A DNA stretch of 51,039 nucleotides from Candidatus Giovannonibacteria bacterium RIFCSPLOWO2_12_FULL_44_15 (GTDB lineage Bacteria; Patescibacteriota; Minisyncoccia; JACPKW01; UBA11713): assembly GCA_001778905.1 (NCBI GenBank), contig MFIQ01000001.1, positions 9,539 to 60,577 of the forward strand. The letters run 5' to 3'. Numbering within the stretch: position 1 is the first letter of the stretch; each line of letters starts with the position of its first letter. Below, in pieces: positions 16,635 through 25,927 of the stretch. Position numbers and translations under genes: made by a program. The notes beneath the pieces are model-generated. The model ran no database searches. It saw nothing but the letters and a program-made list of their open reading frames with translations, and was not told the origin of the DNA.

Positions 16635-18089
16635 ATGCTTCGGGATGAATTAATAAAAGAAATCTCTAAAGCCGTTGGCGCGGATGTCGATATTAAGTTA
16701 GCCGAACCGGAGCGTTCGGAAAACGGAGATTATTCGACAAATGTCGCATTTAGAGTTGCAGGAGACCCGGAAGCAATTGCGGCTGAATTGAGGAAAAGTA
16801 AGTTGATTAAAGACGTTGAGGTTAAAAACAAATTCATAAATATTTTTTTGAAAGATGATGTTTTGATTAAAGAACTCGGTCGAGAATTAAAATGTGAGAA
16901 AAAAAATAAAAAGATTAACGTCGAATTCGTGTCCGCGAATCCGACGGGGCCTTTGACGATGGCCAACGGCCGAGGAGGATTTTACGGGGATGCCCTTTCA
17001 AATATTTTGGAAAAGGCCGGCTACAGTGTCACGCGGGAATACTATATTAACGATGCGGGCAATCAAGTCCGGCTTTTGGGTGAATCCATTCAAGCCGCTG
17101 AAGGAAAGATCCCCGATCAAGAAAATTATTACAAAGGCGAATATATAAAGGGATTGATCGGAAAATCCGGAAAAGAGGCGGTAGAAATTTTGCTTGGGCG
17201 GATAAAGGAGTCTCTCGAGAAGTCCGGAATTAAATTTAATGTTTGGTTTTCAGAGGGAGGGCTTCGCGAAAAAAAAGAGCCGGAGAAAGTTTTGAAATTT
17301 TTGGAAGAAAAAAAACTTATAGAGAAAAAAGATGGAGCAGTGTGGCTTGGCGATGCTGTGCTTGTAAAATCTGACGGAGAATATACGTATTTTTTAGTGG
17401 ACTTAGCGTATCACTGGGATAAATTTATAGAAAGAAAGTTTGATTTGGGCGTAAATATTTTGGGGCCGGATCATCATGGTTATGTTGAGCGAATAAGAAA
17501 AGGAATTGAAGCGCTTGGAATCGAGCCAGAACGCTTGAGAATCATAATTATGCAACTTGTCAGGCTTATTTCAAAAGGGAAGGAGGTTAAAATGTCGAAG
17601 CGCACAGGGCAATTTGTGACTATGGACGAGCTTTTGGAGCAAGTCGGTGTTGATGTCGCGCGGTGGTTTTTTCTTGAGCGCTCGCCGAATACCCACATGG
17701 ATTTCGATTTGGATTTGGCAAAAGAGAAGTCCGAGAAAAACCCGGTTTACTATGTGCAATACGCGCACACGCGTATTGCTGGTATTTTGAATAAATCCGA
17801 TGCAAAGCCCGGTACGCTTACCAAGTTTAGTAATTTTGCAGAGCGCTCACTTGCGCTTAAAATTTTACGCTTCTTGGAGTTACTCGAAGACATTTCCAAA
17901 GACTATCAAGTCCATCGCCTGACTACCTATGCTTACGAACTCGCGCAAACTTTCTCCGCTTTTTACCGCGATGTCAAAGTCATCGGCTCGGACCGCGAAG
18001 CGGAACTTCTATATTTAGTTTCAAAAACAAAGGAAACGCTGGCCACCGTTCTAAAGCTTCTCGACATTTCCCAACCAGAGAAAATGTAA
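16635..18089 (+). CDS. argS: Arginine--tRNA ligase
   Basis: EFVSANPTGPL, REYYINDAG, GPDHHGY, KMSKR, NPVYYVQYAH. Confidence 0.96.
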   Translation: MLRDELIKEISKAVGADVDIKLAEPERSENGDYSTNVAFRVAGDPEAIAAELRKSKLIKDVEVKNKFINIFLKDDVLIKELGRELKCEKKNKKINVEFVSANPTGPLTMANGRGGFYGDALSNILEKAGYSVTREYYINDAGNQVRLLGESIQAAEGKIPDQENYYKGEYIKGLIGKSGKEAVEILLGRIKESLEKSGIKFNVWFSEGGLREKKEPEKVLKFLEEKKLIEKKDGAVWLGDAVLVKSDGEYTYFLVDLAYHWDKFIERKFDLGVNILGPDHHGYVERIRKGIEALGIEPERLRIIIMQLVRLISKGKEVKMSKRTGQFVTMDELLEQVGVDVARWFFLERSPNTHMDFDLDLAKEKSEKNPVYYVQYAHTRIAGILNKSDAKPGTLTKFSNFAERSLALKILRFLELLEDISKDYQVHRLTTYAYELAQTFSAFYRDVKVIGSDREAELLYLVSKTKETLATVLKLLDISQPEKM

Positions 18090-18881
18090 TCAAAGAACAA
18101 TTTTTTCTGCAACAATTTCCATATTCAAAAACTCTTTCGCGAATTTAGAAAATTTCTCCGGGTCGCCGGTTGTGATATAGCGCCTCACATCATTTTTTGA
18201 GAGGTGTTTTTCTATTTCGGGATGGCGGGATAAATAATTTTTTAACGATGCCGGAATTACGGACGGGGACTCAAAAATTTTTGCATCTGGAAGTTCAGCC
18301 TGAATTAAATCTTTTATCAAAGGATAATGCGTGCAGCCGAGAATAATATTTTTTATTCCACCTCTTTCGAATTCTTTTAAATATTCGCGAATCGCTTCTT
18401 TTATTTCTGGGCCATCGATTTTTCCCGCCTCGATCAGCGGGACCAAGAGAGGAGTAGCAACCTGCAAAATGTTGAACATCGGATGTTCAACAGCGTTCAG
18501 TTTCTGAATTTCTCTAACATATGCGCCTGACTCAACGGTAGCTTTGGTGGCAAGAATCCCAATTTTCCCATCGAGCTTTGCGACGGCCTCGGCTACCAGA
18601 ATCAAAACACCCAAGACTTTTATATCGGGTGTCTCTTGTTGTATTTTTCGAAGGGCTTGCGAAGACGCTGTGTTGCAGGCAAGAATGACAAGCTCGCAGC
18701 CGTTTTTAGAAAGCCAATCCACAGCTTGGCGAGTATATTTGTGGATTTCTTCTTGGGAGCGCGAGCCATAGGGCGCGCGGGCGTTATCACCGAAATATAT
18801 AAAGTCGTATTTTGGAAATTTTTCCGCCAATGGCTTAAAAACCGTAAGTCCGCCGTATCCAGAATCAAAAACCCCGATCAT
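18090..18881 (-). CDS. murI: Glutamate racemase
   Basis: IGVFDSGYGG, APYG, ACNTAS, LGCTHYP; start moved to ATG 18881. Confidence 0.95.
   Translation of the reverse strand: MIGVFDSGYGGLTVFKPLAEKFPKYDFIYFGDNARAPYGSRSQEEIHKYTRQAVDWLSKNGCELVILACNTASSQALRKIQQETPDIKVLGVLILVAEAVAKLDGKIGILATKATVESGAYVREIQKLNAVEHPMFNILQVATPLLVPLIEAGKIDGPEIKEAIREYLKEFERGGIKNIILGCTHYPLIKDLIQAELPDAKIFESPSVIPASLKNYLSRHPEIEKHLSKNDVRRYITTGDPEKFSKFAKEFLNMEIVAEKIVL
18470..18492. repeat. 23-bp palindrome inside murI
   Basis: tgttgaacatc-g-gatgttcaaca, 11-bp perfect arms. Confidence 0.75.
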
Positions 18882-18899
18882 ACTCTGACTATAAGCAAA

Positions 18900-18941
18900 A
18901 AGAAAAACTCCCGCCACACTTTTCAGTATGACGGAAGTTTC
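18900..18941 (-). terminator. Intrinsic terminator of orphan gene
   Basis: Minus strand aaacttccgtcatac-tgaaaa-gtgtggcgggagttt followed by a U-rich tail. Confidence 0.7.
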
Positions 18942-18963
18942 TATGGTTGGCGGCTTAGCTCGA

Positions 18964-19305
18964 TTATTCGAGCTGTAGATTGGCGTATTGCCGGACAGCT
19001 CGGTAATAACTTACCCACCTTGCCCAATCAGCAGTGGACGCTTCTTGAGGGGTAAAGTCCACTCGCTTCCCGTCCTTATCAAGAACGCTTACGCGATCAA
19101 GCGTTCCGTCAAAGGAATAATCGTAAAAAGAGAAACGGATTTCTAACGCATCGGCACGGCGAACATCGAACGCTATTCCAGCTGGCCGCTCTGTTATTCG
19201 GACAACTGAAGGCGGGGAACTCTTCCCCATTTGGTATGTCCCGAAAAGTACGGCCGCAATGGCGACCGCGATTATTGAGCCAATAAACGCACTCTTTTTA
19301 TTCAT
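18964..19305 (-). CDS. Hypothetical membrane-anchored/secreted protein
   Basis: N-terminal TM; SD GAAGGAGGTG; own promoter and terminator. Confidence 0.7.
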   Translation of the reverse strand: MNKKSAFIGSIIAVAIAAVLFGTYQMGKSSPPSVVRITERPAGIAFDVRRADALEIRFSFYDYSFDGTLDRVSVLDKDGKRVDFTPQEASTADWARWVSYYRAVRQYANLQLE

Positions 19306-19332
19306 GAGAACACCTCCTTCAAAATTTTACTA

Positions 19333-19361
19333 ATTATACACCCGTTATATAATTTTGTCAA
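19333..19361 (-). promoter_or_regulatory. Consensus sigma70 promoter
   Basis: Minus strand TTGACA-17 nt-TATAAT. Confidence 0.8.
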
Positions 19362-19422
19362 TAGTATAGGCAAGAAACTCATAATCTTGCCTATAAGACA
19401 GCATTTGCTAGACTTTACCTAT

Positions 19423-22400
19423 ATGGCCGATGAGAAAGGCTTTCCAATGTATGGTTCCGTTTCTCCTCGCTCTGAAGAGGAGATTCTTCGTTTTTGGAAA
19501 GATAATAAAATATTCGAGAAGTCTCTGGAGTCCAGGAAAAAAGAGAAGAAATTCGTCTTTTTTGAAGGCCCTCCTTATGCCAACGGTATTCCCGGGATTC
19601 ACCACGTAGAATCGCGCTCGTTTAAGGATATTATTTTACGCTACAAGACCATGCGCGGATTTTTTGTACCGCGCAGAGCGGGATGGGATACGCACGGCCT
19701 TCCGACGGAAATGGCGGTTGAAAAAGCGCTCGGTATAAAATCGAAAAGGGAAATCGAGGAGAAAATCGGCGTTGAAAAATTTGTTGAAGAGGCGAAGAAA
19801 AATGTTTTCACGTTCATAGACGCTTGGGAAAAATTGACCGACCGCATGGCATACTGGCTCGATTTGAAAAATGCCTATGTGACGATGACCAATAATTATA
19901 TTGAATCTCTCTGGGCTGTCATTTCCGAAATTTCCAAAAAAAAATTGCTTTATGAAGATTATAAAGTTCTACCGTGGTGCCCGCGCTGTGGAACATCGCT
20001 TTCTTCGCACGAATTGGCGCAGGGGTACCAGAAAGTAAAAGAAAATTCGATTTATGTTAAGTTCCAACTTGCAGGCGATAAGTCGCAAAATCAGCGGGTA
20101 AGTTGTCTAGTTTGGACGACAACTCCATGGACGCTTCCCGGAAACGTAGCGCTCGCGGTAAATCCAAAAATAGATTATGTGACGATAGAACGCGCCGATA
20201 ATTCCGGTGAGTGGCTGATTTTGGCCGAATCTCGTCTTGGCGTAATCGAGGGAGAGTACAAAATTATCAATCGCGAGAAGGGCGCCGCGCTAGTCGGAAC
20301 AAAATACAAGGCTTTATATCCTTATCCTGCTGCGACGGAAAATAGTTATTGCGTTGTCGCGGCCAGTTTTGTATCAACCGAGGACGGCTCGGGAATAGTC
20401 CATATAGCGCCCGCTTTCGGGGGAGACGACTTAGCGGTTGGGAAAAAAGAAAAGTTGCTGACGCTCGTAACTGTAACGGAGGAAGGAAAAATGAATACTC
20501 CGGGTGCTACGTGGGATGGAAAATTCATCAAAGACGCGAACCAACTAATATGCGAAGATTTAAAAAATCGCTCGCTTTTATTCAGTGTCGCTTCTTATGA
20601 ACACGATTATCCTTTCTGCTGGCGGTGCGGCACGGCTTTGATGTACTACGCGAAGACTTCCTGGTTTTTCAAAACTACGGCCGTCCGCGATCATATGCTT
20701 CAGGAAAACAAGAAAATTAGTTGGCGCCCGGAATACTTGCGGGACGGCCGCTTTGGAAGCTGGCTTAAAGAAAATGTTGATTGGGGAATTTCCCGCGAGC
20801 GTTATTGGGGGACTCCGTTGCCGGTTTGGAGATGCGGGAAGTGTAAAAATATAAAAGTTGTTGGATCATTGGAAGAACTTGATGAAGCAAATCCAAGCGC
20901 CGCAAGCATAATTTTCATGCGACATGGCGAAGCATTGCATAATATCAAAAACAGAGTAAATCCATTTTCTCCTGAAAATGACAGCAAAGATGAACTTACT
21001 GAAAAAGGGAGAAGGGATGTTATCGCTTCGGCAGAGAAGCTCAAAAAGGAGAACATAGAAGTCATTGTTTCTTCGCCATCAGCTCGCGCTAAAGAAACTG
21101 CTGAGATAGTTGGCAACATTTTGGGTATTAAAAATATCGAAATAATCCCTGAACTGTACGATGTTATGATTGGAAAGTTTGAGGGGGAGCCCATTAGTGA
21201 GTTCAAAAAGGAGTTTTCAAATTTTGAGGAGCGTTTTACAAAAAAACCCGGTGGAGCGGAAAATTCGCGGGAGCTGAGAAAACGCGTGATGAAAGCCCTT
21301 GGAGAGGTGAGAGTGAAATGCGCTGGCAAGAAAGTTTTGGTTGTGAGCCATGGGGATCCAATTTGGGTTGCAATCGCTACATTGGAAGGACTCAAGGAAA
21401 AAGGCTACAAAGAATCTTTTTACCCAAGCCCCGCGGAATTCAAAAAAATTAAATTGCACAACTGGCCGTATAATCCGGCGGGTGAACTAGATCTTCATAA
21501 GCCGTATATAGACGAAATAAAATTGAAATGCGAAAAGTGTTCGGGCGAGATGGCGCGCGTGAAAGAAGTTGTAGATGTCTGGTTTGATTCCGGAGCGATG
21601 CCGTTTGCCTCGCAAGGCTGGCCCTTCGACTCCGCTCAGGGCAAGCCGCCTGCATTGTATCCGGCTGAATATATTTCCGAGGCGATCGACCAGACGCGGG
21701 GGTGGTTTTATACATTGCTCGCGGTCTCATCGCTTTTGGGATTGAAATCATCATTCAAGCGGGTTTTGTCGCTTGGTTTGGTGTTGGATGAGAAGGGCGA
21801 GAAAATGTCGAAATCAAAAGGAAACGTTGTCGATCCGCAAATGCTTATGGAAAAATATGGGGCGGATGCGGTCAGATGGTATTTTTATACTATCAATCAG
21901 CCTTGGGACGACAAGCTTTTTCGCGAGAAGGACATTCAGGATGCCCAAAGGCGTTTCCTTATGATTCTATGGAATTCGTTTGTGTATTGGCGAACTTACG
22001 GCGCAAAATCAAAAGGCAAAAGTCAAAATGCAAAATTAATTATAAACAAATGGCTTCTTTCAAAATGGAACGAAGTTTTAAGTGAGGTTGAGAAAAAGTT
22101 AGATGCATATGATATTGTTTCGGCCGCACGTGCGCTTGAAAATTTTGTTGTTGAAGATTTGTCGCATTGGTATATCAGGCGGATCCGCGAACATATGAAA
22201 CACGAGAAATCGGAAGCGGCGAAAGAATGTTCGGCAACTCTCGGTTTCGTTTTACTAGAGCTTTCAAAAGCTTTAGCTCCTTTTGTGCCTTTTATTTCCG
22301 AAGGGATTTACAAAAGTTTAGAAGGCAATCACGAGAGCGTGCATCTGGAGGATTTTCCCGCCTTCGCCAAGGCTTCGGCGGGCAAGCCCGAAGAAAAAAT

Positions 22401-22911
22401 TATTAAAGAAATGGAGGTGGTGCGAGAGATAGTTTCGAAAGGCTTGGAGGCACGGCAGAAAGCGGGGATTAAGATCAGACAGCCGTTGTCAGATTTACGA
22501 TTTAAGATTTACGATTTAGGAGATAAAGAGCTTTTGGACTTGATTAAAGGGGAAGTGAATATAAAAAGCGCGATTTTCGATAAAAATCTTAAAGACGACG
22601 TTGAGCTCAATACGGAAATTACGGATGAACTCCGCGAGGAGGGTTTTGTTCGCGAATTTGTGCGGGCTGTTCAGGATTTCAGAAAAGAATTAAAACTGAC
22701 TCCGCAGGAGAAAGTAGAGTTGTCCGCGAAAGGGAAGAAAGAGTTCGAAAAAATTCTCACCAAGCATGAATTGCTCATCAAAAAGGAGATAAACATTTCC
22801 GATTTATTGATAGGTAAGACTGCAGGCAATGCGAAAGAAATTTCCCTCGACGGCGAGAAACTAGAAATAGGAATCAATCACACACATCATCTAAAAATAG
22901 AAAATGCCTGA
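19423..22911 (+). CDS. ileS: Isoleucine--tRNA ligase type 2 with inserted histidine phosphatase domain
   Basis: EGPPYANG-IP-GIHH, GWDTHGLP, WTTTPWTLP, DVWFDSG, DQTRGWF, KMSKS; RHG...SHG domain inserted; start at ATG 19423 preferred. Confidence 0.95.
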   Translation: MADEKGFPMYGSVSPRSEEEILRFWKDNKIFEKSLESRKKEKKFVFFEGPPYANGIPGIHHVESRSFKDIILRYKTMRGFFVPRRAGWDTHGLPTEMAVEKALGIKSKREIEEKIGVEKFVEEAKKNVFTFIDAWEKLTDRMAYWLDLKNAYVTMTNNYIESLWAVISEISKKKLLYEDYKVLPWCPRCGTSLSSHELAQGYQKVKENSIYVKFQLAGDKSQNQRVSCLVWTTTPWTLPGNVALAVNPKIDYVTIERADNSGEWLILAESRLGVIEGEYKIINREKGAALVGTKYKALYPYPAATENSYCVVAASFVSTEDGSGIVHIAPAFGGDDLAVGKKEKLLTLVTVTEEGKMNTPGATWDGKFIKDANQLICEDLKNRSLLFSVASYEHDYPFCWRCGTALMYYAKTSWFFKTTAVRDHMLQENKKISWRPEYLRDGRFGSWLKENVDWGISRERYWGTPLPVWRCGKCKNIKVVGSLEELDEANPSAASIIFMRHGEALHNIKNRVNPFSPENDSKDELTEKGRRDVIASAEKLKKENIEVIVSSPSARAKETAEIVGNILGIKNIEIIPELYDVMIGKFEGEPISEFKKEFSNFEERFTKKPGGAENSRELRKRVMKALGEVRVKCAGKKVLVVSHGDPIWVAIATLEGLKEKGYKESFYPSPAEFKKIKLHNWPYNPAGELDLHKPYIDEIKLKCEKCSGEMARVKEVVDVWFDSGAMPFASQGWPFDSAQGKPPALYPAEYISEAIDQTRGWFYTLLAVSSLLGLKSSFKRVLSLGLVLDEKGEKMSKSKGNVVDPQMLMEKYGADAVRWYFYTINQPWDDKLFREKDIQDAQRRFLMILWNSFVYWRTYGAKSKGKSQNAKLIINKWLLSKWNEVLSEVEKKLDAYDIVSAARALENFVVEDLSHWYIRRIREHMKHEKSEAAKECSATLGFVLLELSKALAPFVPFISEGIYKSLEGNHESVHLEDFPAFAKASAGKPEEKIIKEMEVVREIVSKGLEARQKAGIKIRQPLSDLRFKIYDLGDKELLDLIKGEVNIKSAIFDKNLKDDVELNTEITDELREEGFVREFVRAVQDFRKELKLTPQEKVELSAKGKKEFEKILTKHELLIKKEINISDLLIGKTAGNAKEISLDGEKLEIGINHTHHLKIENA
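21622..21645 (+). repeat. 24-bp REP-like element in frame in ileS (PFDSAQGK)
   Basis: cccttcgactccgctcagggcaag is similar to intergenic copies at 44031-44054 (inverted) and 44799-44822. Confidence 0.75.
22004..22037 (+). repeat. Heptamer tandem repeat (CAAAAnn) in ileS
   Basis: caaaat caaaagg caaaagt caaaatg caaaatt. Confidence 0.6.
22357..22386 (+). repeat. 30-bp hairpin element in frame in ileS (PAFAKASAGK)
   Basis: cccgcc-ttcgccaaggcttc-ggcggg-caag; ends in GGCAAG like the 21622 element. Confidence 0.7.
22491..22518 (+). repeat. Heptamer tandem repeat (A/C)GATTTA x4 in ileS
   Basis: agattta cgattta agattta cgattta. Confidence 0.75.
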
Positions 22912-24640
22912 AACTCGATCCTGCCAAAACTGCAAACAAAACTTTGCAATCGAACCGGAGGATTTTAAGTTTTATGAAAAAATTTCTGTCCCGCCGCCGA
23001 CATTTTGCCCAAAATGCAGAATGACGCGGCGTATGCGTTTTGGCAATCACTTAAATATGTATAAAAGAAGGGATGATTTAGGTAATAAGGAAATACTATC
23101 AGTTTATGACAAAGACGTCCCCTTCCTAATTTATAAAGCCGAAGATTGGTGGTCTGACAAATGGGACCCAATGCAATTTGGTAAGGAATATGATTTTGCT
23201 ATTCCATTTTTTTCTCAATTTCTGGCTCTTTATCGCAGCGTACCGCAAATGAATCTTGTAAATATTAATTCAGTTAACTGCAATTACTGTCCTAAAATAA
23301 TGAACGCAAAAAATTGTTATCTTTCTATTGGGTTGGGAATAGAAAATTGTATTTATGGCTACTACTCGCGATATTCTAAAGATTCTATTAGTTATTTCAA
23401 TTTGAATCTTTCCGAGAAATGCTACGAGTGCGTTGATTGTTATAAATGTAATTCTCTTTTTTTCTCGCAGGACTGTGTCGAATGTTATGACTCAAAATTT
23501 CTAATAGATTGCCGAAATTGCCACGATTGTTTTGGATGCGTTAATTTACGAAATAAATCATTCTGTATATTAAATAAACAATATACGAAAGAAGAATATA
23601 AAGAAATAATTAATGAATATGATTTCGGGAGCAACGAAGGTATTAAACAAGCAATAGAAAAACTTAACAATCTTAAAGTTCACTTACCGAGACGCTACTC
23701 TATTTTAAATAAATGCGCTAATGTCACAGGAAATCACTTGTCAAATTCTATCAATTCATTTGATTGTTTTGACATCTCCGAAGATAGTAGCTTGGAAAGA
23801 GTTAAATATGGAATTATTGGAAGCTCTATGAGAGATTGTTATGATTTTTTTACTGGCGGAGAAGACATTGAATTATCGGCAGAATTCATGCTGACCGTTG
23901 GAGGCAGTAATAACTTCGCAACCATTAATGTTCCTGAATCGCATAATGTTAAATATTCTATTGATTGTTATAACTCGAGTAATTTGATTGGATGTGTTGG
24001 CCTGCGTAAAAAAGAATATTGTATTCTCAATAAACAATTTACCAAAGAAGAATACGAAGAGCTCATTCCAAAAATCATCCAGCATATGAAAGATATACCA
24101 TACATAGATAATAAGAAAAGAGTTTATGCGTACGGCGAATTTTTTCCGGAGGAATTTTCTCCTTTTGCATATAATGAAACCGTTGCCCAAGAAAATTACC
24201 CTTTAACAAAGGGGCAGGCGCTTGATATGGGATATTCTTGGAAAGATTCAGAAAAAAGAAATTATCAAATTAGTGTGAAATCTCAGGATCTCCCAGATCA
24301 TATCCGGGATGCAAAAGATGATATTTTAAATCATATAATTGGATGTGAACATGAAGGAAAATGCAACGAGCAATGCACAGAAGCATTTAGAATTATTTCC
24401 CAAGAACTCGATTTTTATCGAAAGCAAAATTTTCCCTTGCCACGACTCTGTCCTAACTGTCGCCATCACCAAAGGCAGAAACAACGCAATCCCTTAAAAC
24501 TCTGGCATCGCGCGTGCATGTGCGAGTTGGAAAACCATGGGCACGATGGAAAATGCCCCAACGAATTTGAAACTTCATATTCTCCGGAAAGGCTAGAAAT
24601 TATTTATTGCGAGAGTTGTTATAACAAAGAAGTCGCATAA
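22904..24640 (+). CDS. Cys-rich hypothetical protein with terminal zinc-ribbon motifs (CPR-type family)
   Basis: CQNCKQ, PPPTFCPKCR, repeated CxxC/CFGCV units, LPRLCPNCR, YCESCY. Confidence 0.75.
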   Translation: MPETRSCQNCKQNFAIEPEDFKFYEKISVPPPTFCPKCRMTRRMRFGNHLNMYKRRDDLGNKEILSVYDKDVPFLIYKAEDWWSDKWDPMQFGKEYDFAIPFFSQFLALYRSVPQMNLVNINSVNCNYCPKIMNAKNCYLSIGLGIENCIYGYYSRYSKDSISYFNLNLSEKCYECVDCYKCNSLFFSQDCVECYDSKFLIDCRNCHDCFGCVNLRNKSFCILNKQYTKEEYKEIINEYDFGSNEGIKQAIEKLNNLKVHLPRRYSILNKCANVTGNHLSNSINSFDCFDISEDSSLERVKYGIIGSSMRDCYDFFTGGEDIELSAEFMLTVGGSNNFATINVPESHNVKYSIDCYNSSNLIGCVGLRKKEYCILNKQFTKEEYEELIPKIIQHMKDIPYIDNKKRVYAYGEFFPEEFSPFAYNETVAQENYPLTKGQALDMGYSWKDSEKRNYQISVKSQDLPDHIRDAKDDILNHIIGCEHEGKCNEQCTEAFRIISQELDFYRKQNFPLPRLCPNCRHHQRQKQRNPLKLWHRACMCELENHGHDGKCPNEFETSYSPERLEIIYCESCYNKEVA

Positions 24641-24651
24641 TTTATATTCAC

Positions 24652-24679
24652 TTGACACATATCCTATATGATATACAAT
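24652..24679 (+). promoter_or_regulatory. Toxin-antitoxin promoter with palindromic operator
   Basis: TTGACA-16 nt-TACAAT; catat-cct-atatg palindrome in the spacer. Confidence 0.55.
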
Positions 24680-25048
24680 GAAGATGGATCTAGTTATAAG
24701 GTGAAGTTTTACCTTGATATAAAAAGTGGCCGTAGTCCAGTCAAAGATTATATCGACAAACTCAATGATAGAGAAAGAGCGAAAGTATTGAAATATATTG
24801 AGTTTCTTCGCGAAAATAAGGGCGTTCTCGACGAACCGTATTCAAAACATATCAATGGCAAAGTTAGAGAGCTTCGAGTTGACTTTGCGCGACAGCACCA
24901 TAGAATTTTTTACTTTATTTTTGTCGGACGAAATATCATTTTGCTCCACGCTTTTTTGAAGAAAACTCCGAAGACCCCGACTGGCGAAATAAAAAGAGCA
25001 GAGGAGCGTTATAAAAATGTAATATCCAATCAAAAACTCTATGAATAA
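24668..25048 (+). CDS. Type II TA toxin, RelE/HigB (Gp49-like); start uncertain
   Basis: SGRSPVKDYI, EPYSKHI, RELRV, RIFYF, LLHAFLKKTPKTP. Confidence 0.88.
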   Translation: MIYNEDGSSYKVKFYLDIKSGRSPVKDYIDKLNDRERAKVLKYIEFLRENKGVLDEPYSKHINGKVRELRVDFARQHHRIFYFIFVGRNIILLHAFLKKTPKTPTGEIKRAEERYKNVISNQKLYE

Positions 25049-25343
25049 ATCAAAAAAACAATACAAAGTAGTAGATTTTCAAAAATATCTCGCGAGCGAG
25101 CTTAAAAATCCAAAGATACGAAAATATTACAATGAATACGGCAAGCAACTAGAAATTGCGTATCAGATTTTATTGTTGCGCAAACAGGAAGGCATTTCCC
25201 AGTCCGAACTCGCGCAAAAAATCGGCACTACTCAAAGCAATATTGCTCGCATGGAGCAAGGTAAGCAAAACTTTACCACGGAAACACTTCAAAAAATTGC
25301 CTCAGCGCTTAGGCATGATTTGAAAGTAGAATTTGTAAAATAA
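25041..25343 (+). CDS. XRE-family HTH antitoxin (HigA-like)
   Basis: LRKQEGISQSELAQKIGTTQSNIARME; overlaps toxin stop. Confidence 0.88.
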   Translation: MNKSKKQYKVVDFQKYLASELKNPKIRKYYNEYGKQLEIAYQILLLRKQEGISQSELAQKIGTTQSNIARMEQGKQNFTTETLQKIASALRHDLKVEFVK

Positions 25344-25352
25344 GGAGGCTGT

Positions 25353-25841
25353 ATGGCAAACGGACTATATCAAACCGAAGGAATTATTTTTAACTCGCAG
25401 GACCAAGGAGAGGCGGATAAGGTTTTGACTATATATACGAAAGAATTCGGGATGTTGAAACTCTTTGCGCGGGGGACTAGAAGATCGAGTTCTAAGCTGA
25501 ATAAATTTTTGAACCTTTTTACATATGGGAAATTCGGTTTTGTTTCCGGAAAAGATTCGTGGCACCTGATTGATGCCGAAGATTTGGGGCGTTTTGATAA
25601 AATTTACGAACCGGAATTCGGCAGGGTATCCAATTTTATAAAAAGATTTTCTCCAGGCGAGGGCGAGGAGCCAAAGCTTTGGGATGCATTTTGGGATTTT
25701 ACAAGAACAGGGGACGAGCTTTTATTCTACGCCAAAGCGCTTTCTATTTTGGGATATTTGGACGAAAAAGAGATCCAGACGCATTCGCGGGAAAATTTAG
25801 CGCAATTGATTTCTGGCGCTATCGCGTCCTCCCAGCTTTGA
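25353..25841 (+). CDS. recO: DNA repair protein RecO (short form)
   Basis: TEGII, GEADKVLTIYTKEFG, ARGTRRSSSKL (RecO N-terminal OB fold). Confidence 0.8.
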   Translation: MANGLYQTEGIIFNSQDQGEADKVLTIYTKEFGMLKLFARGTRRSSSKLNKFLNLFTYGKFGFVSGKDSWHLIDAEDLGRFDKIYEPEFGRVSNFIKRFSPGEGEEPKLWDAFWDFTRTGDELLFYAKALSILGYLDEKEIQTHSRENLAQLISGAIASSQL

Positions 25842-25927
25842 GTAATTAGATGTCGCCGACTTGGTAGCCGGATGCGCTAATTTTACTAATAATTAAATAA
25901 TTAAAGAATTAGTGGTAAAATTGGCAA

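Noticed and set aside
2526..21395. Long antisense ORFs such as 2526-3143, 14164-14889 and 20802-21395
   Set aside because: Shadows of well-supported genes with no motifs of their own
20900..21465. IleRS insertion as an intein
   Set aside because: No C/S start, no HN end, no LAGLIDADG motif; it has RHG phosphatase motifs instead
22904..24640. Cys-rich gene as a DGR target
   Set aside because: No reverse transcriptase or template/variable repeat pair visible in the window
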